UHGV virus genome: UHGV-0737708
Direction: 5' to 3' (one strand)
DNA length: 32,331 nucleotides
Source: a virus
How positions within the stretch are numbered: position 1 is the stretch's first letter; each line of letters opens with the position of its first letter. The position numbers and the translations under genes are program-made. The notes beneath the pieces are model-generated. The model was given only the letters and a program-made list of their open reading frames with translations. It was not told the DNA's origin and did not search any database. Positions 18,773-27,758 of the stretch are shown here, piece by piece.

Positions 18773-19333
18773 ATGTTCAAATCCAAGAATATTAAAATCA
18801 CAGATTTTACTCTTAAATCAAAACAGCCTTTCTTCAAGGCGCAATCTATTTCTGGTAAGTTCCAGCGTCGCTTTACTGGTATTCATTTTTATGAAGCAGA
18901 ATTTACAGCTAATTTCATGGCTCAGGATATTAACGAAGTAAAAGAATTTGTAGCACGTCACCTTTTTGGTCGTCCTTTTAGTGTGCCACTGTCTTACTTT
19001 TCAAAATATACAGGTGATGTACGCCAGATGGTAACGGCTGCTGCTGGTACTGCTCGCGGTGGGCGTAAGGTGAGAATCTCCAACTTCACCGGAACACTGA
19101 AAGCGGGAACTGTCATCCAGTTTGAGAACCACAAGAAAATCTACACGATCACCGAAGACGTGAAATCAGGTGGTGAAATGAAACTCTTCCCTAACTTGCG
19201 TCAGAACGTCCTGGCGGGTGAGGTGATCAAGTATCAGAACGTAGAAGGTGAATTTGTTCTCAAAACTGAAAACATCGATTGGAAGATCGCCCAGATTGGC
19301 AAGATGAAATTCGAATTAGTGGAGAATGTATAA
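18773..19333 (+). CDS. Minor tail protein (186 aa), distal tail / gpM-like by position
   Basis: Immediately after tape measure; function inferred from synteny only. Confidence 0.5.
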   Translation: MFKSKNIKITDFTLKSKQPFFKAQSISGKFQRRFTGIHFYEAEFTANFMAQDINEVKEFVARHLFGRPFSVPLSYFSKYTGDVRQMVTAAAGTARGGRKVRISNFTGTLKAGTVIQFENHKKIYTITEDVKSGGEMKLFPNLRQNVLAGEVIKYQNVEGEFVLKTENIDWKIAQIGKMKFELVENV

Positions 19334-19986
19334 TGGCAACTATTCAGGAATCATTCAGCAAACTATGCACTAATCTGGACTTCATCGAGGTCTACAACGA
19401 TCAGACAGGTCAGAACGTGTCTAGATTGACGCTACCGCAGCTTTTTTCCACTGGATCGATGTTTCACATTATCGAAGTGATAACAGCGTCAGGGGACGTT
19501 CTACGGCTTACAGATGGGTATTTCGATTTGGACTATAACGGATTTACGTATCTCGCAACGGGTGATTTTCTTCAAATCTCATCGAATACCGAAGAGAAGG
19601 AGATCAACAACAACGGGATCAACGTAACTGTTTCTAACGTTCGCGAAGAATACATTACCCTGATTCGTAACAAGCAATTCGATAAATCAGATGTGAAAAT
19701 CGAGATGGTTTTCCTTAACCCCAACACGGGCAAAGTTGAAACCACTTACCCTGTTTTCCGTGGGGTAGTCGATTCCATCGGGATTAACATCGAACATGAA
19801 GATGATGAGTGTAAAAACGAATCAGAATTTCAGCTTAATAGTATCTGGGAAGTTCTAGATAAAAACGCTCGTAGTCATGCCTCCGATGGTATCCACCGTT
19901 CCTATGTTGGAAACGAGAACGATCTATTCTTCTCCCGTGCCGGGAAGTGGAACTCAGAAAGCAAGTGGCATTCATCGAAGAAATAA
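19333..19986 (+). CDS. Minor tail protein (217 aa), gpL-like by position; start at ATG 19333 overlapping the upstream stop (TAATG)
   Basis: ATG at 19333 is translationally coupled to the upstream stop; the track ORF 19279 begins in the upstream gene. Confidence 0.5.
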   Translation: MATIQESFSKLCTNLDFIEVYNDQTGQNVSRLTLPQLFSTGSMFHIIEVITASGDVLRLTDGYFDLDYNGFTYLATGDFLQISSNTEEKEINNNGINVTVSNVREEYITLIRNKQFDKSDVKIEMVFLNPNTGKVETTYPVFRGVVDSIGINIEHEDDECKNESEFQLNSIWEVLDKNARSHASDGIHRSYVGNENDLFFSRAGKWNSESKWHSSKK

Positions 19987-20032
19987 TCCCTTCTCCCTAA
20001 GCCTAGTAAATAACAGCATGGAGGTATTCAAC

Positions 20033-20452
20033 ATGCTAAAAACTAGGCTTATCACCGATTACATCAATTCTTTAATAGGTCAGGAGTTCGTTCAAGGCGA
20101 GAATGATTGCAATCTAATTGCATGTAAGATCATCGATATTCTCGCTGGTACTGACCTATATAATTCTCTTTATAAAAAATATTCAACTAAAGAAGAAGGC
20201 TTGAAAATCTGCAAAGAATTAAGCGGGTATTCAAATATCCTTCAACCAATTAAGAAACATTTCAAATTAGTCACTGATGATTTACAGGACGGCGACTTAC
20301 TGGTCACAGCCCACAAATTAGGAAACCGTAATTATTATTCCGTAGTTCCTCATTATTCCGGTTATGGCCTCGTTGAAGAAGATGGTATCTGGATGACCAT
20401 TCCTGTTTCAGACATTGACTATGAACAAGTTTATAGATTCGGGGGTGAATAA
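20033..20452 (+). CDS. Tail assembly protein, gpK-like (140 aa) with NlpC/P60-type Cys motif (GENDCN)
   Basis: ATG at 20033 with GGAGG 8 nt upstream; its stop overlaps the start of the tip protein gene (TAATG). Confidence 0.5.
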   Translation: MLKTRLITDYINSLIGQEFVQGENDCNLIACKIIDILAGTDLYNSLYKKYSTKEEGLKICKELSGYSNILQPIKKHFKLVTDDLQDGDLLVTAHKLGNRNYYSVVPHYSGYGLVEEDGIWMTIPVSDIDYEQVYRFGGE

Positions 20453-23400
20453 TGGGATTTGAAATATTAGTAGGCGCGGTTATTGCTGGTGCGTCTGCTG
20501 GGATGGCTGCTGCTGCAACATTTTCTGTTATGACCGCAGTCGCTATCGGTATGGCTGCTGGTGCAATGACCTTGATCGCTTCCACTGTAGGCGCACCAAA
20601 AATACCTAAAGTACAAAGCCCAGATAATGCGGTGACACTAGGAACATCAAACGATCCGAAAGCGGTGATACCAGTCGTTTTCGGTACTACCCGCACTGGC
20701 ACAAACTGTGTTTACAAAGCAGTTTCTAAGCAAGAAAACAATAAGCTAGTGCAAATCTTCTCTGTAGCCGAGGGTGAAATCGACCATTACAAAGCACTCT
20801 TTATTGATAATAAAAATGTTCTTGTTGGTAAGAACATGACGATCCGTGATGGTATTCTCGATAAGGGCAACATTAAAGAAGAATATCGTAAAGTATTAGA
20901 AGTCGAGTTCCGCACGGGCAAGAATCCTAACACCGCTTTGTCGCTGGCAAAACGTCATTTAGGGTCAGACTGGAACGACAACTACAAAGGCAATGGTATT
21001 GCAACCATGTGTATTGTGTTGCGTCGCGATGACAAATCTCTTGCTGCTGGTGTTGATATTCTCCAGCCAAATAGCCAGGTAGCAGTAGACGTTTGCGGCC
21101 TTAAAATCCGTAACCTTGAAACCAATGCTATTGAGGCTAGCACTAACGGCGTGGATCAGATTTTCCACTACCTAACAAATGAAAAATATGGCTTATCCGT
21201 ACCAATTGAAAACATTAACGTTGATTCATTCCTGAAAGTACGTAAACAAGTACGCCAGATGGATCTACATTCAAACGGTGCATGTGATCCGAACGCCAGC
21301 TTTAAAGAGAACTTGACTAGCCTTATGCAGACTTTCGGCGGGGTGATGTTCGAATCCTTTGGACGTATTACGCTGAAACTGGATGCTCCTGATATTGTTA
21401 AGCATACCTTCAATGAAGACAATATCATGATGGGTAAGGTATCACTGAAAACAGGTGGCACTAACGGTTATTTCAATACCATTAACGCGATGTATCAAGA
21501 ACCATCAATTGACTATTCAGAGCAAATGCTACGTTATCCGGCTGATGCTGAAAACGATGCTACTGTTCGTCAAGATGGTCGAATTATTGCTAAGGATGTA
21601 GAATATCGTTTCGTTAAGTCTAAAGATCAGATTGATAAACTTGCGAGTATTGAACGAAATAAATCTCGTATCACTCAGGTTATCAGCTTTATGACTACTG
21701 ACGCATTCACTGCCGAAGTTTGGGACGTTATCAGCGTAACCTATGATGAATTGAAACTGAATAATTCACTTTGGCGTATTACTGCAATTGATCGCTCGAT
21801 TGATTCTGGTATTGCTGGGATGATGACTATCACCGCTACAGAATATAATTCTCAGGTTTATACTGACCTGAACTATGCGGCTAACCCAGATAACCGACCA
21901 AGTGGTTTACCGGATTCAATGACAGTACAGAAGCCTACTAATTTCAGAATTAAGGCAACTGGCGAGACGATTTACGGTAAAAATGTTACTTTGACATGGG
22001 ATGCACCGGAAGATTTTAACCGCTACGGCTTCCAGATTGATTACCGTGTAAGCGGATCACCTAACTGGATTAAGCTCGGTCAGACTTCACAGCAAATTTT
22101 CAGTGTCAATGCACTGGCTAAAGATCGCTCTTATGATTACCGAGTTTGTGCTTTCGGTATCATCGCTCGATCCGATTGGGTAGAACTGGTTAACCAGAAT
22201 CCGACTGTTACCTATGAATTGCCGACTCCGGTTATTCGAATCAAAAATCAGGGTAGCACGCCTGGTACTTTCGAAGGCAATGATCTGATTATCGAATGGG
22301 AAAATCAGCAACAATTAGATGTGATGATCAACGGTGAAGCTAACAAGTTTAGTGACCTGTTTGAAGCATACATTATCAAGGTGACTAACAAGGCTGGTAA
22401 GTCTATTCAGTACCGTACCCGCGATCCTGAATCATGGACTTATACGCTTGATATGAACCAGTTTAACGGCCTTTCGCGTCAACTGACGGTAGAAGTATCA
22501 GCTAAGGGCTATAACAACTCAGAGAGCGCCCCAGCGCGTTTAGTGGCTATCAACCCACAACATAAGCCAATGAAAGGTTTTAGTGCGCGTGGTGGCTTTA
22601 ATACTGCGTTTGTTAGCTGGGCGGATGACGTAGAACATGACTATGCAGGGTCAATCATCCAGTATGCAACCGACAACACTTTCTCAGATGCAAGGGCAGT
22701 AAGCACGAATAGTGTTAGCCATACTTCCTTTGATATTGCTGACGGTGATTATTATATCCGTGGTGCTCACTACGATATTTTCGGTATGGATGATGCTGTT
22801 TGGTCTGAACCGTATTTCATGCAAATGAAATCTACCATTAGCTGGGACGATCAGGACAAAGAAGCACTGGAAGACCTGATCGGTTTACAAGATCGATTAG
22901 ATGAAACTATCGCGGATGCTATTAAGCAAGCTGGCGCTAATGCCGATGCTAAAATTGATGCAATGCATAAGCAAATCACTACCGAAACAGGGCAGACGGT
23001 GCAAGCCTCAGCCAATACCTTAAAGAGTCTGATTGCTACCAGCGAGCAAGCTAGCTCCACTAAGATTGATCAGGTTAAAGCTGAACTGAAAGGCGATATC
23101 ACCAAAGAAGTTAGTGCATCTGCTACTACCCTGAAACAAGCAATTGCTACCAGTGAGGCAGCAAGCGCAAGCAAGATTGATCAAGTTCGGGTAGAAATGG
23201 ATGGCAAGATTGCTGGCGTGAATCAGGAAGCAGATGTAAAAATCGATGCTTTGAAGGGAACCATTAACAGCAAATATAATCTGGCGGTTAATGCAGATGG
23301 TCGCGTGGCTGGTATTCACATGAGCGCAACCAACGATCCGGCGCAACCGACGAGAATCATCTTTAATGCTGATAAAATCGCGGTAGCTCCACAGAACGGA

Positions 23401-24228
23401 TCGGAAGTATGCCCGTTTGGTATCGAAGGTAACAAGGTTTATCTCGATAATGCGATGATTCGTAATGCTGCAATTGGTACAGCCCAGATTAATGATGCGG
23501 CGATTACCACGGCTAAAATCGGCAATGCTGCAATTAACAGCGCGAAGATTCAGGACGGGGCAATCACTAACGCGAAGATCGTAAACGGTGCAATTGATAA
23601 CGCTAAAATCGGTAACTATATCCAGTCTTCCAACTGGAACGGATCGACCGGATGGCATATCAACAAGAACGGGTCCGCTACGTTCATGAATGCAACCGTT
23701 AAAGGTAATATCACTGCCGATTCTGGTACTCTGAACAACGTCACGATTAACTCTAGCTGTGTTATTAAGGGTATGCTTGAAGCTACTCAGGTTAAGGGTG
23801 ATTTCGTTAAGGTGATTGGACGTAAGTTCCCGCATCGTGATGTTAACGTTGATAATGGTTATGCTGGTTATCCACAGGGAACGGTCACTGTTCGCGTTGA
23901 AGATGATCACAAGTTCGATCGTCAAATCGTTATTCCGGCAATTAGTTTTGGTGGATTGCGAGCGCGTGAAGGGTCGAACAATAATACCTATTACGACACC
24001 TGTCGCCTGATTGTTCGTAAGAATGGGTCAGAGTTGTATAATAGGGCGTATGGCGGTAATACTGGTCTTTACTCAGGTGTTATTGATATGCCAGCGGGTA
24101 AAGGTGCTGTGACCTTGACCTTTGAAGTGCAATCAAGCGCAATCAACAACTGGACGCCTAGCACATGGATTAGTGATTTAACAGTAATGGTAACTAAAAA
24201 AGCCACTACTGGTATTACTGTTTCTTAA
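20452..24228 (+). CDS. Tail tip / central fibre host-specificity protein, lambda gpJ family (1258 aa)
   Basis: Position after K-like gene; fibronectin-III-like middle; C-terminal ~200 aa (GTLNNVTINSSC ... DDHKFDRQIVIP ... IDMPAGKGAVTLTF) resembles the lambda J receptor-binding C-terminus as recalled. Confidence 0.82.
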   Translation: MGFEILVGAVIAGASAGMAAAATFSVMTAVAIGMAAGAMTLIASTVGAPKIPKVQSPDNAVTLGTSNDPKAVIPVVFGTTRTGTNCVYKAVSKQENNKLVQIFSVAEGEIDHYKALFIDNKNVLVGKNMTIRDGILDKGNIKEEYRKVLEVEFRTGKNPNTALSLAKRHLGSDWNDNYKGNGIATMCIVLRRDDKSLAAGVDILQPNSQVAVDVCGLKIRNLETNAIEASTNGVDQIFHYLTNEKYGLSVPIENINVDSFLKVRKQVRQMDLHSNGACDPNASFKENLTSLMQTFGGVMFESFGRITLKLDAPDIVKHTFNEDNIMMGKVSLKTGGTNGYFNTINAMYQEPSIDYSEQMLRYPADAENDATVRQDGRIIAKDVEYRFVKSKDQIDKLASIERNKSRITQVISFMTTDAFTAEVWDVISVTYDELKLNNSLWRITAIDRSIDSGIAGMMTITATEYNSQVYTDLNYAANPDNRPSGLPDSMTVQKPTNFRIKATGETIYGKNVTLTWDAPEDFNRYGFQIDYRVSGSPNWIKLGQTSQQIFSVNALAKDRSYDYRVCAFGIIARSDWVELVNQNPTVTYELPTPVIRIKNQGSTPGTFEGNDLIIEWENQQQLDVMINGEANKFSDLFEAYIIKVTNKAGKSIQYRTRDPESWTYTLDMNQFNGLSRQLTVEVSAKGYNNSESAPARLVAINPQHKPMKGFSARGGFNTAFVSWADDVEHDYAGSIIQYATDNTFSDARAVSTNSVSHTSFDIADGDYYIRGAHYDIFGMDDAVWSEPYFMQMKSTISWDDQDKEALEDLIGLQDRLDETIADAIKQAGANADAKIDAMHKQITTETGQTVQASANTLKSLIATSEQASSTKIDQVKAELKGDITKEVSASATTLKQAIATSEAASASKIDQVRVEMDGKIAGVNQEADVKIDALKGTINSKYNLAVNADGRVAGIHMSATNDPAQPTRIIFNADKIAVAPQNGSEVCPFGIEGNKVYLDNAMIRNAAIGTAQINDAAITTAKIGNAAINSAKIQDGAITNAKIVNGAIDNAKIGNYIQSSNWNGSTGWHINKNGSATFMNATVKGNITADSGTLNNVTINSSCVIKGMLEATQVKGDFVKVIGRKFPHRDVNVDNGYAGYPQGTVTVRVEDDHKFDRQIVIPAISFGGLRAREGSNNNTYYDTCRLIVRKNGSELYNRAYGGNTGLYSGVIDMPAGKGAVTLTFEVQSSAINNWTPSTWISDLTVMVTKKATTGITVS

Positions 24229-24247
24229 AATTTAATTTTAATAATAA

Positions 24248-24287
24248 ATCCCGCTTAATTCTTTTGAGTTAGGCGGGATTATTTTTA
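24248..24287 (+). terminator. Rho-independent terminator after the tip protein gene
   Basis: ATCCCGC ... GCGGGAT stem followed by TATTTTTAT. Confidence 0.6.
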
Positions 24288-24333
24288 TCTAAATAATTTT
24301 GCCATTAAACTATATAAAAATATCGGGGGCGTA

Positions 24334-24612
24334 ATGACTGAAATTATATATGGCGGTATCGGTGTTATCGCCTTAATTTGCGGTGGTCTTTGGAGACTTC
24401 ACCGAAATCAATTAGCCACAGAAAATAGATTGTCGAAATTGGAATCCAGCGACGCATTGTTAAACCAGAAGTTTGAGACGATGCAAAGTAACCATGACCA
24501 GATCGCCGAGAGAGTTTATCGCATGGAACAAACACTACACGGTATAGAGAAGAAAGTGGTTGCGATGGACGCCAAATTTGACCAAGTTCTCGACATACTC
24601 AAACAAAAATAA
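24334..24612 (+). CDS. Small membrane protein (92 aa): one N-terminal transmembrane helix plus coiled coil; possible lysis accessory protein
   Basis: Hydrophobic residues 5-21 then charged coiled-coil; GGGGGCGTA ribosome-binding site; located in the cluster upstream of the endolysin. Confidence 0.45.
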   Translation: MTEIIYGGIGVIALICGGLWRLHRNQLATENRLSKLESSDALLNQKFETMQSNHDQIAERVYRMEQTLHGIEKKVVAMDAKFDQVLDILKQK

Positions 24613-24630
24613 TAATAAAGGGGTGAATAT

Positions 24631-24801
24631 ATGAAGAATAAACTTAAGAAATATTTTGGTTATCTCTTGATTATCGCCCTCACTTATAACGTAGCAATTA
24701 GACCTCTGCTAACGTCCTTTGGGCTTGAACTCCCGGCTATGACCGTGGATGAACAATTGCTAAGGACACTGGCGGGGGTCTTTTCGTTATTAGGGGGCTA
24801 A
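24631..24801 (+). CDS. Small hydrophobic protein (56 aa), holin-like candidate; not in the supplied ORF track
   Basis: Translated by hand: MKNKLKKYFGYLLIIALTYNVAIRPLLTSFGLELPAMTVDEQLLRTLAGVFSLLGG; AAAGGGGTGAATAT ribosome-binding site; stop overlaps the next start. Confidence 0.35.
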   Translation: MKNKLKKYFGYLLIIALTYNVAIRPLLTSFGLELPAMTVDEQLLRTLAGVFSLLGG

Positions 24802-24802
24802 C

Positions 24803-25486
24803 ATGGCAACCAGTACCAATAAACGAAACGCTCTAAGGACTAAGAAAGCGTTACGGCAATGGTCTGAAAAGGCAACCGATACATTCGAAAGGGCGATAGG
24901 GGAAGGGGCGATCTTTGCTGCTCGTGCACTACAGAAGAAGATTAACAAGAATGTTGATAGACCTACTCGCTGGACTCAGCAAGCTGTAGGTAATACCAAC
25001 TACAAGAACCGATCAGGGACGAGACACCAAATCTTCATCAAGGGCGCAAGGGATAAGGACAAGAAGATCGGCAGTCAGGATGACTATCTGAAACACTATT
25101 TCGATGGTGGCAAAATCAATAAGCTAGTTCCAATCGCTAACGGCAAGGTCTTAGACGCCCACGGGAACATTAAGGCCATCAAAGGCGGTAAGATGATGCG
25201 TAACATCGAAAATGGCAACTTCATCAAGGTAGAGAACCAGGAAGGGACTTTTATCATGAAGAAGTACAAGCCTAAGAAATCCCGAACCAAACGCGCTAAG
25301 AATGGATCGGCGGTGGCAAAACGTCGCTTAGAGAAACGCATACAGAAACAGAGTAAGCGAATTGTTGCCGTTAAGTCGGATAAAATTTCTACTCGTTATT
25401 CGACGCTAGGATCGTGGGAAAGCAACGAAGCAATGATGCTTAAGAACATCAATAAGCACATTAAATCGCGCATGAAATACGTTTAA
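24803..25486 (+). CDS. Highly basic Lys/Arg-rich protein (227 aa), function unknown
   Basis: ATG overlapping the upstream stop (TAACATG); composition extremely basic. Confidence 0.55.
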   Translation: MATSTNKRNALRTKKALRQWSEKATDTFERAIGEGAIFAARALQKKINKNVDRPTRWTQQAVGNTNYKNRSGTRHQIFIKGARDKDKKIGSQDDYLKHYFDGGKINKLVPIANGKVLDAHGNIKAIKGGKMMRNIENGNFIKVENQEGTFIMKKYKPKKSRTKRAKNGSAVAKRRLEKRIQKQSKRIVAVKSDKISTRYSTLGSWESNEAMMLKNINKHIKSRMKYV

Positions 25487-25524
25487 TCCATAAATACCCT
25501 CATAGAAACTTATGGGGGTATAAC

Positions 25525-25872
25525 ATGGCTAAAAATATTTTTACTGAATTTCCTACTTATCCGGTCGATCAGCTTTCCGGTATTTTTATTAATGGCATTA
25601 GCCCAGAATCAATGACTTATGATTTTGCGGCGAAGAGAGTTAAACATAAACAATATAAAGAATGTATCCGCGATCATGAAAAAGGGACCGTGTTTTGTGT
25701 CGCTACATTGGCTAAACGTCCTAAGTATCGTTTTCGTGTAGGACAAGAAGTTGATGTGGTTAATCCTTATAGCTTTAACTGTCTGGGTGATGCACGCGCG
25801 GTGTGTGTAGGCACTGCTCCTTATTATATCAAGGGTATGCGCTTTATTGGTTATATCTTCGAAATGATCTAA
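25525..25872 (+). CDS. Hypothetical protein (115 aa)
   Basis: ATG preceded by TATGGGGGTATAAC; open frame. Confidence 0.55.
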   Translation: MAKNIFTEFPTYPVDQLSGIFINGISPESMTYDFAAKRVKHKQYKECIRDHEKGTVFCVATLAKRPKYRFRVGQEVDVVNPYSFNCLGDARAVCVGTAPYYIKGMRFIGYIFEMI

Positions 25873-25881
25873 GGGGGTAAT

Positions 25882-26235
25882 ATGTTAAGTAAGCATTTTT
25901 CTCGCAAGGAATTTAAATGTAAATGCGGAAAATGTGATTATGATACAATCGACGCTGAATTACTGGTAATTCTTGAGGATGTACGAGAGCACTTCGGTAA
26001 ACCAGTGATTATTAACAGTGGCAACCGTTGCCCGACTCATAACAAGAATGTAGGCGGTGCAACCAACAGCTATCACGTTCGAGGCCGTGCGGCTGACATT
26101 GTGATCAAGGGTGTCTCCCCTGATATTGTCCATGCTTATCTTGATGGGAAATATCCTACTCAATACGGCTTAGGCAAATATAAAACCTTTACGCATATCG
26201 ATTCCAGATCGAAAAAATCACGATGGAATGGATAA
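25882..26235 (+). CDS. Endolysin, peptidase M15 family (L-alanyl-D-glutamate endopeptidase type), 117 aa
   Basis: Zinc-binding signature SGNRCPTHN ... SYHVRGRAADI ... H characteristic of small M15 phage endolysins; TAAGGGGGTAAT ribosome-binding site; strong terminator follows. Confidence 0.8.
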   Translation: MLSKHFSRKEFKCKCGKCDYDTIDAELLVILEDVREHFGKPVIINSGNRCPTHNKNVGGATNSYHVRGRAADIVIKGVSPDIVHAYLDGKYPTQYGLGKYKTFTHIDSRSKKSRWNG

Positions 26236-26240
26236 AATTA

Positions 26241-26267
26241 AAGCGCCTCTAGTGGGCGCTTTTTTTG
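26241..26267. terminator. Bidirectional terminator between the convergent endolysin and helicase genes
   Basis: AAAGCGCC-TCTAGT-GGGCGCTTT with TTTTTTT on the plus strand and an A/T run on the other side. Confidence 0.7.
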
Positions 26268-27758
26268 TTATATAGCAATTGTTTTAGTTGCATAGCTGAA
26301 CTTGTCGGTCAAATAATAGCGGATTCTCTCAAGTGCATGTTTTACCGCATAATTTTTATGCTTGACTTTTCCGTTACGACCGAATATACACAGATGATCT
26401 ATAAGATCCCAGACCGTTGCAATATCCTTAGAACCATGTTTACGCAACGCACGACCGATACTCTGACGAACGATAGTTGATTCCTTCACTGGATGACCGA
26501 AAATAACATGATGCAAGTTCTTGATGGAAACACCAGTAGAGAACACACCATAAGACGCAACACAGATGAAGCCAGTGTCACCTTCCGCCATTTTCTTAAA
26601 TTCATCACGTTCTTCTGTCTTAACTCCACCATCAATATAATAAACCTTGTCGTGTACCTTCTGTAACGCATCATACATAAGTTTTCCGTGCTTAGTATTG
26701 CGGAACATCAGGAATACGTTTTCGCCCTTCTTAGCGAGTTTTAGCGCCAAATTGCAAGCAAACTTATTACGTCGTGGGTTAGATGTAATATACTTGATCT
26801 CTTCCGCATATTCTCTCCCCTTAACCGCGCTACATTCCTCATCGGTATAACGAAGGAAAAGACAGTTAATTTTCAGTTTCGTAACTTGACCTTCTTCCAT
26901 CAGGCGGTCAATACTCACGATCTTAGAAATATCACCGAAAAGCCCGACATACTGCATTAAATGGCACTTTGATTCTTTCGGGGAACCAGTCATACCAATT
27001 TTAAACTGGCAATGATTCATTCCGTTAATGATATTGGTAATATTTTTGGCACTAGCCTTATGTGATTCATCAACTATCAACATTCCATATTGTTTGAACC
27101 ATTCAGGAGGCATCTTGCAAGCTGATTGCCAGGTACTAACCGTGATTAACCTGTCTCCCGGATGTTTCCCGCTACCACTCATCATTGTATGAATTGCTTC
27201 ATAAGGGAATAGCCTATAATCGATGAAATCATCCCTCAGTTGAACCACTAGCGATGTAGTCGGAACAATGATTAGAACTTTTCCGGTGTAATGCTCTAAG
27301 TACCAACGAGACAGCATACAAGCAATCAATGACTTACCCGCACTGGTAGGAAGAACCAGCATTCTACGGCGATTATGGATACCCTGAAAGACTGCCTCCC
27401 TTTGATACCAATAAGGATTGATTTTATTGCTACCGGAATACACTTCTAAGGAATCAATCCATTCATTAATCGCGTCTTTGGTTACATCTTCCTTCTCAAG
27501 CAATCTGGGGTCAATCCAGACTGAATACCCCATATTTTTAACAAAGACACCCAACGTTTTTAATAGTCCAATTGGTAGGGTGTTTTCATGCGTAAACAGT
27601 CTTATTCGTCCATCCCAGCCAGAATACTTGTAACGGGGGCTAAACCTAGCCCCTTCAACCTCAAACGAGAAATAATCTCTTAATTCCATTCCGATAGAAG
27701 GAGAGCAATCAACCTTAACGAAACTGTAATCTTGAAAATGAATTTTAATATCTTGCAT
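26268..27758 (-). CDS. uvsW: SF2 DExH-box helicase resembling T4 UvsW (about 496 aa from ATG at 27758; the track start at 27767 is a GTG)
   Basis: Motif I LPTSAGKS, motif II DESH, C-terminal helicase motifs; N-terminal region resembles the UvsW DNA-binding domain as recalled; start ATG overlaps the upstream gene's stop. Confidence 0.78.
   Translation of the reverse strand: MQDIKIHFQDYSFVKVDCSPSIGMELRDYFSFEVEGARFSPRYKYSGWDGRIRLFTHENTLPIGLLKTLGVFVKNMGYSVWIDPRLLEKEDVTKDAINEWIDSLEVYSGSNKINPYWYQREAVFQGIHNRRRMLVLPTSAGKSLIACMLSRWYLEHYTGKVLIIVPTTSLVVQLRDDFIDYRLFPYEAIHTMMSGSGKHPGDRLITVSTWQSACKMPPEWFKQYGMLIVDESHKASAKNITNIINGMNHCQFKIGMTGSPKESKCHLMQYVGLFGDISKIVSIDRLMEEGQVTKLKINCLFLRYTDEECSAVKGREYAEEIKYITSNPRRNKFACNLALKLAKKGENVFLMFRNTKHGKLMYDALQKVHDKVYYIDGGVKTEERDEFKKMAEGDTGFICVASYGVFSTGVSIKNLHHVIFGHPVKESTIVRQSIGRALRKHGSKDIATVWDLIDHLCIFGRNGKVKHKNYAVKHALERIRYYLTDKFSYATKTIAI

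Noticed and set aside
23020-23925. 301-aa minus-strand ORF inside the tip protein gene
   Set aside because: Antisense to the J-like gene, whose plus-strand reading gives coherent conserved domains; no independent start signals.
26265-26480. 71-aa plus-strand ORF overlapping the 3' end of the helicase gene
   Set aside because: Antisense to a well-supported helicase; begins inside the bidirectional terminator; no ribosome-binding site.
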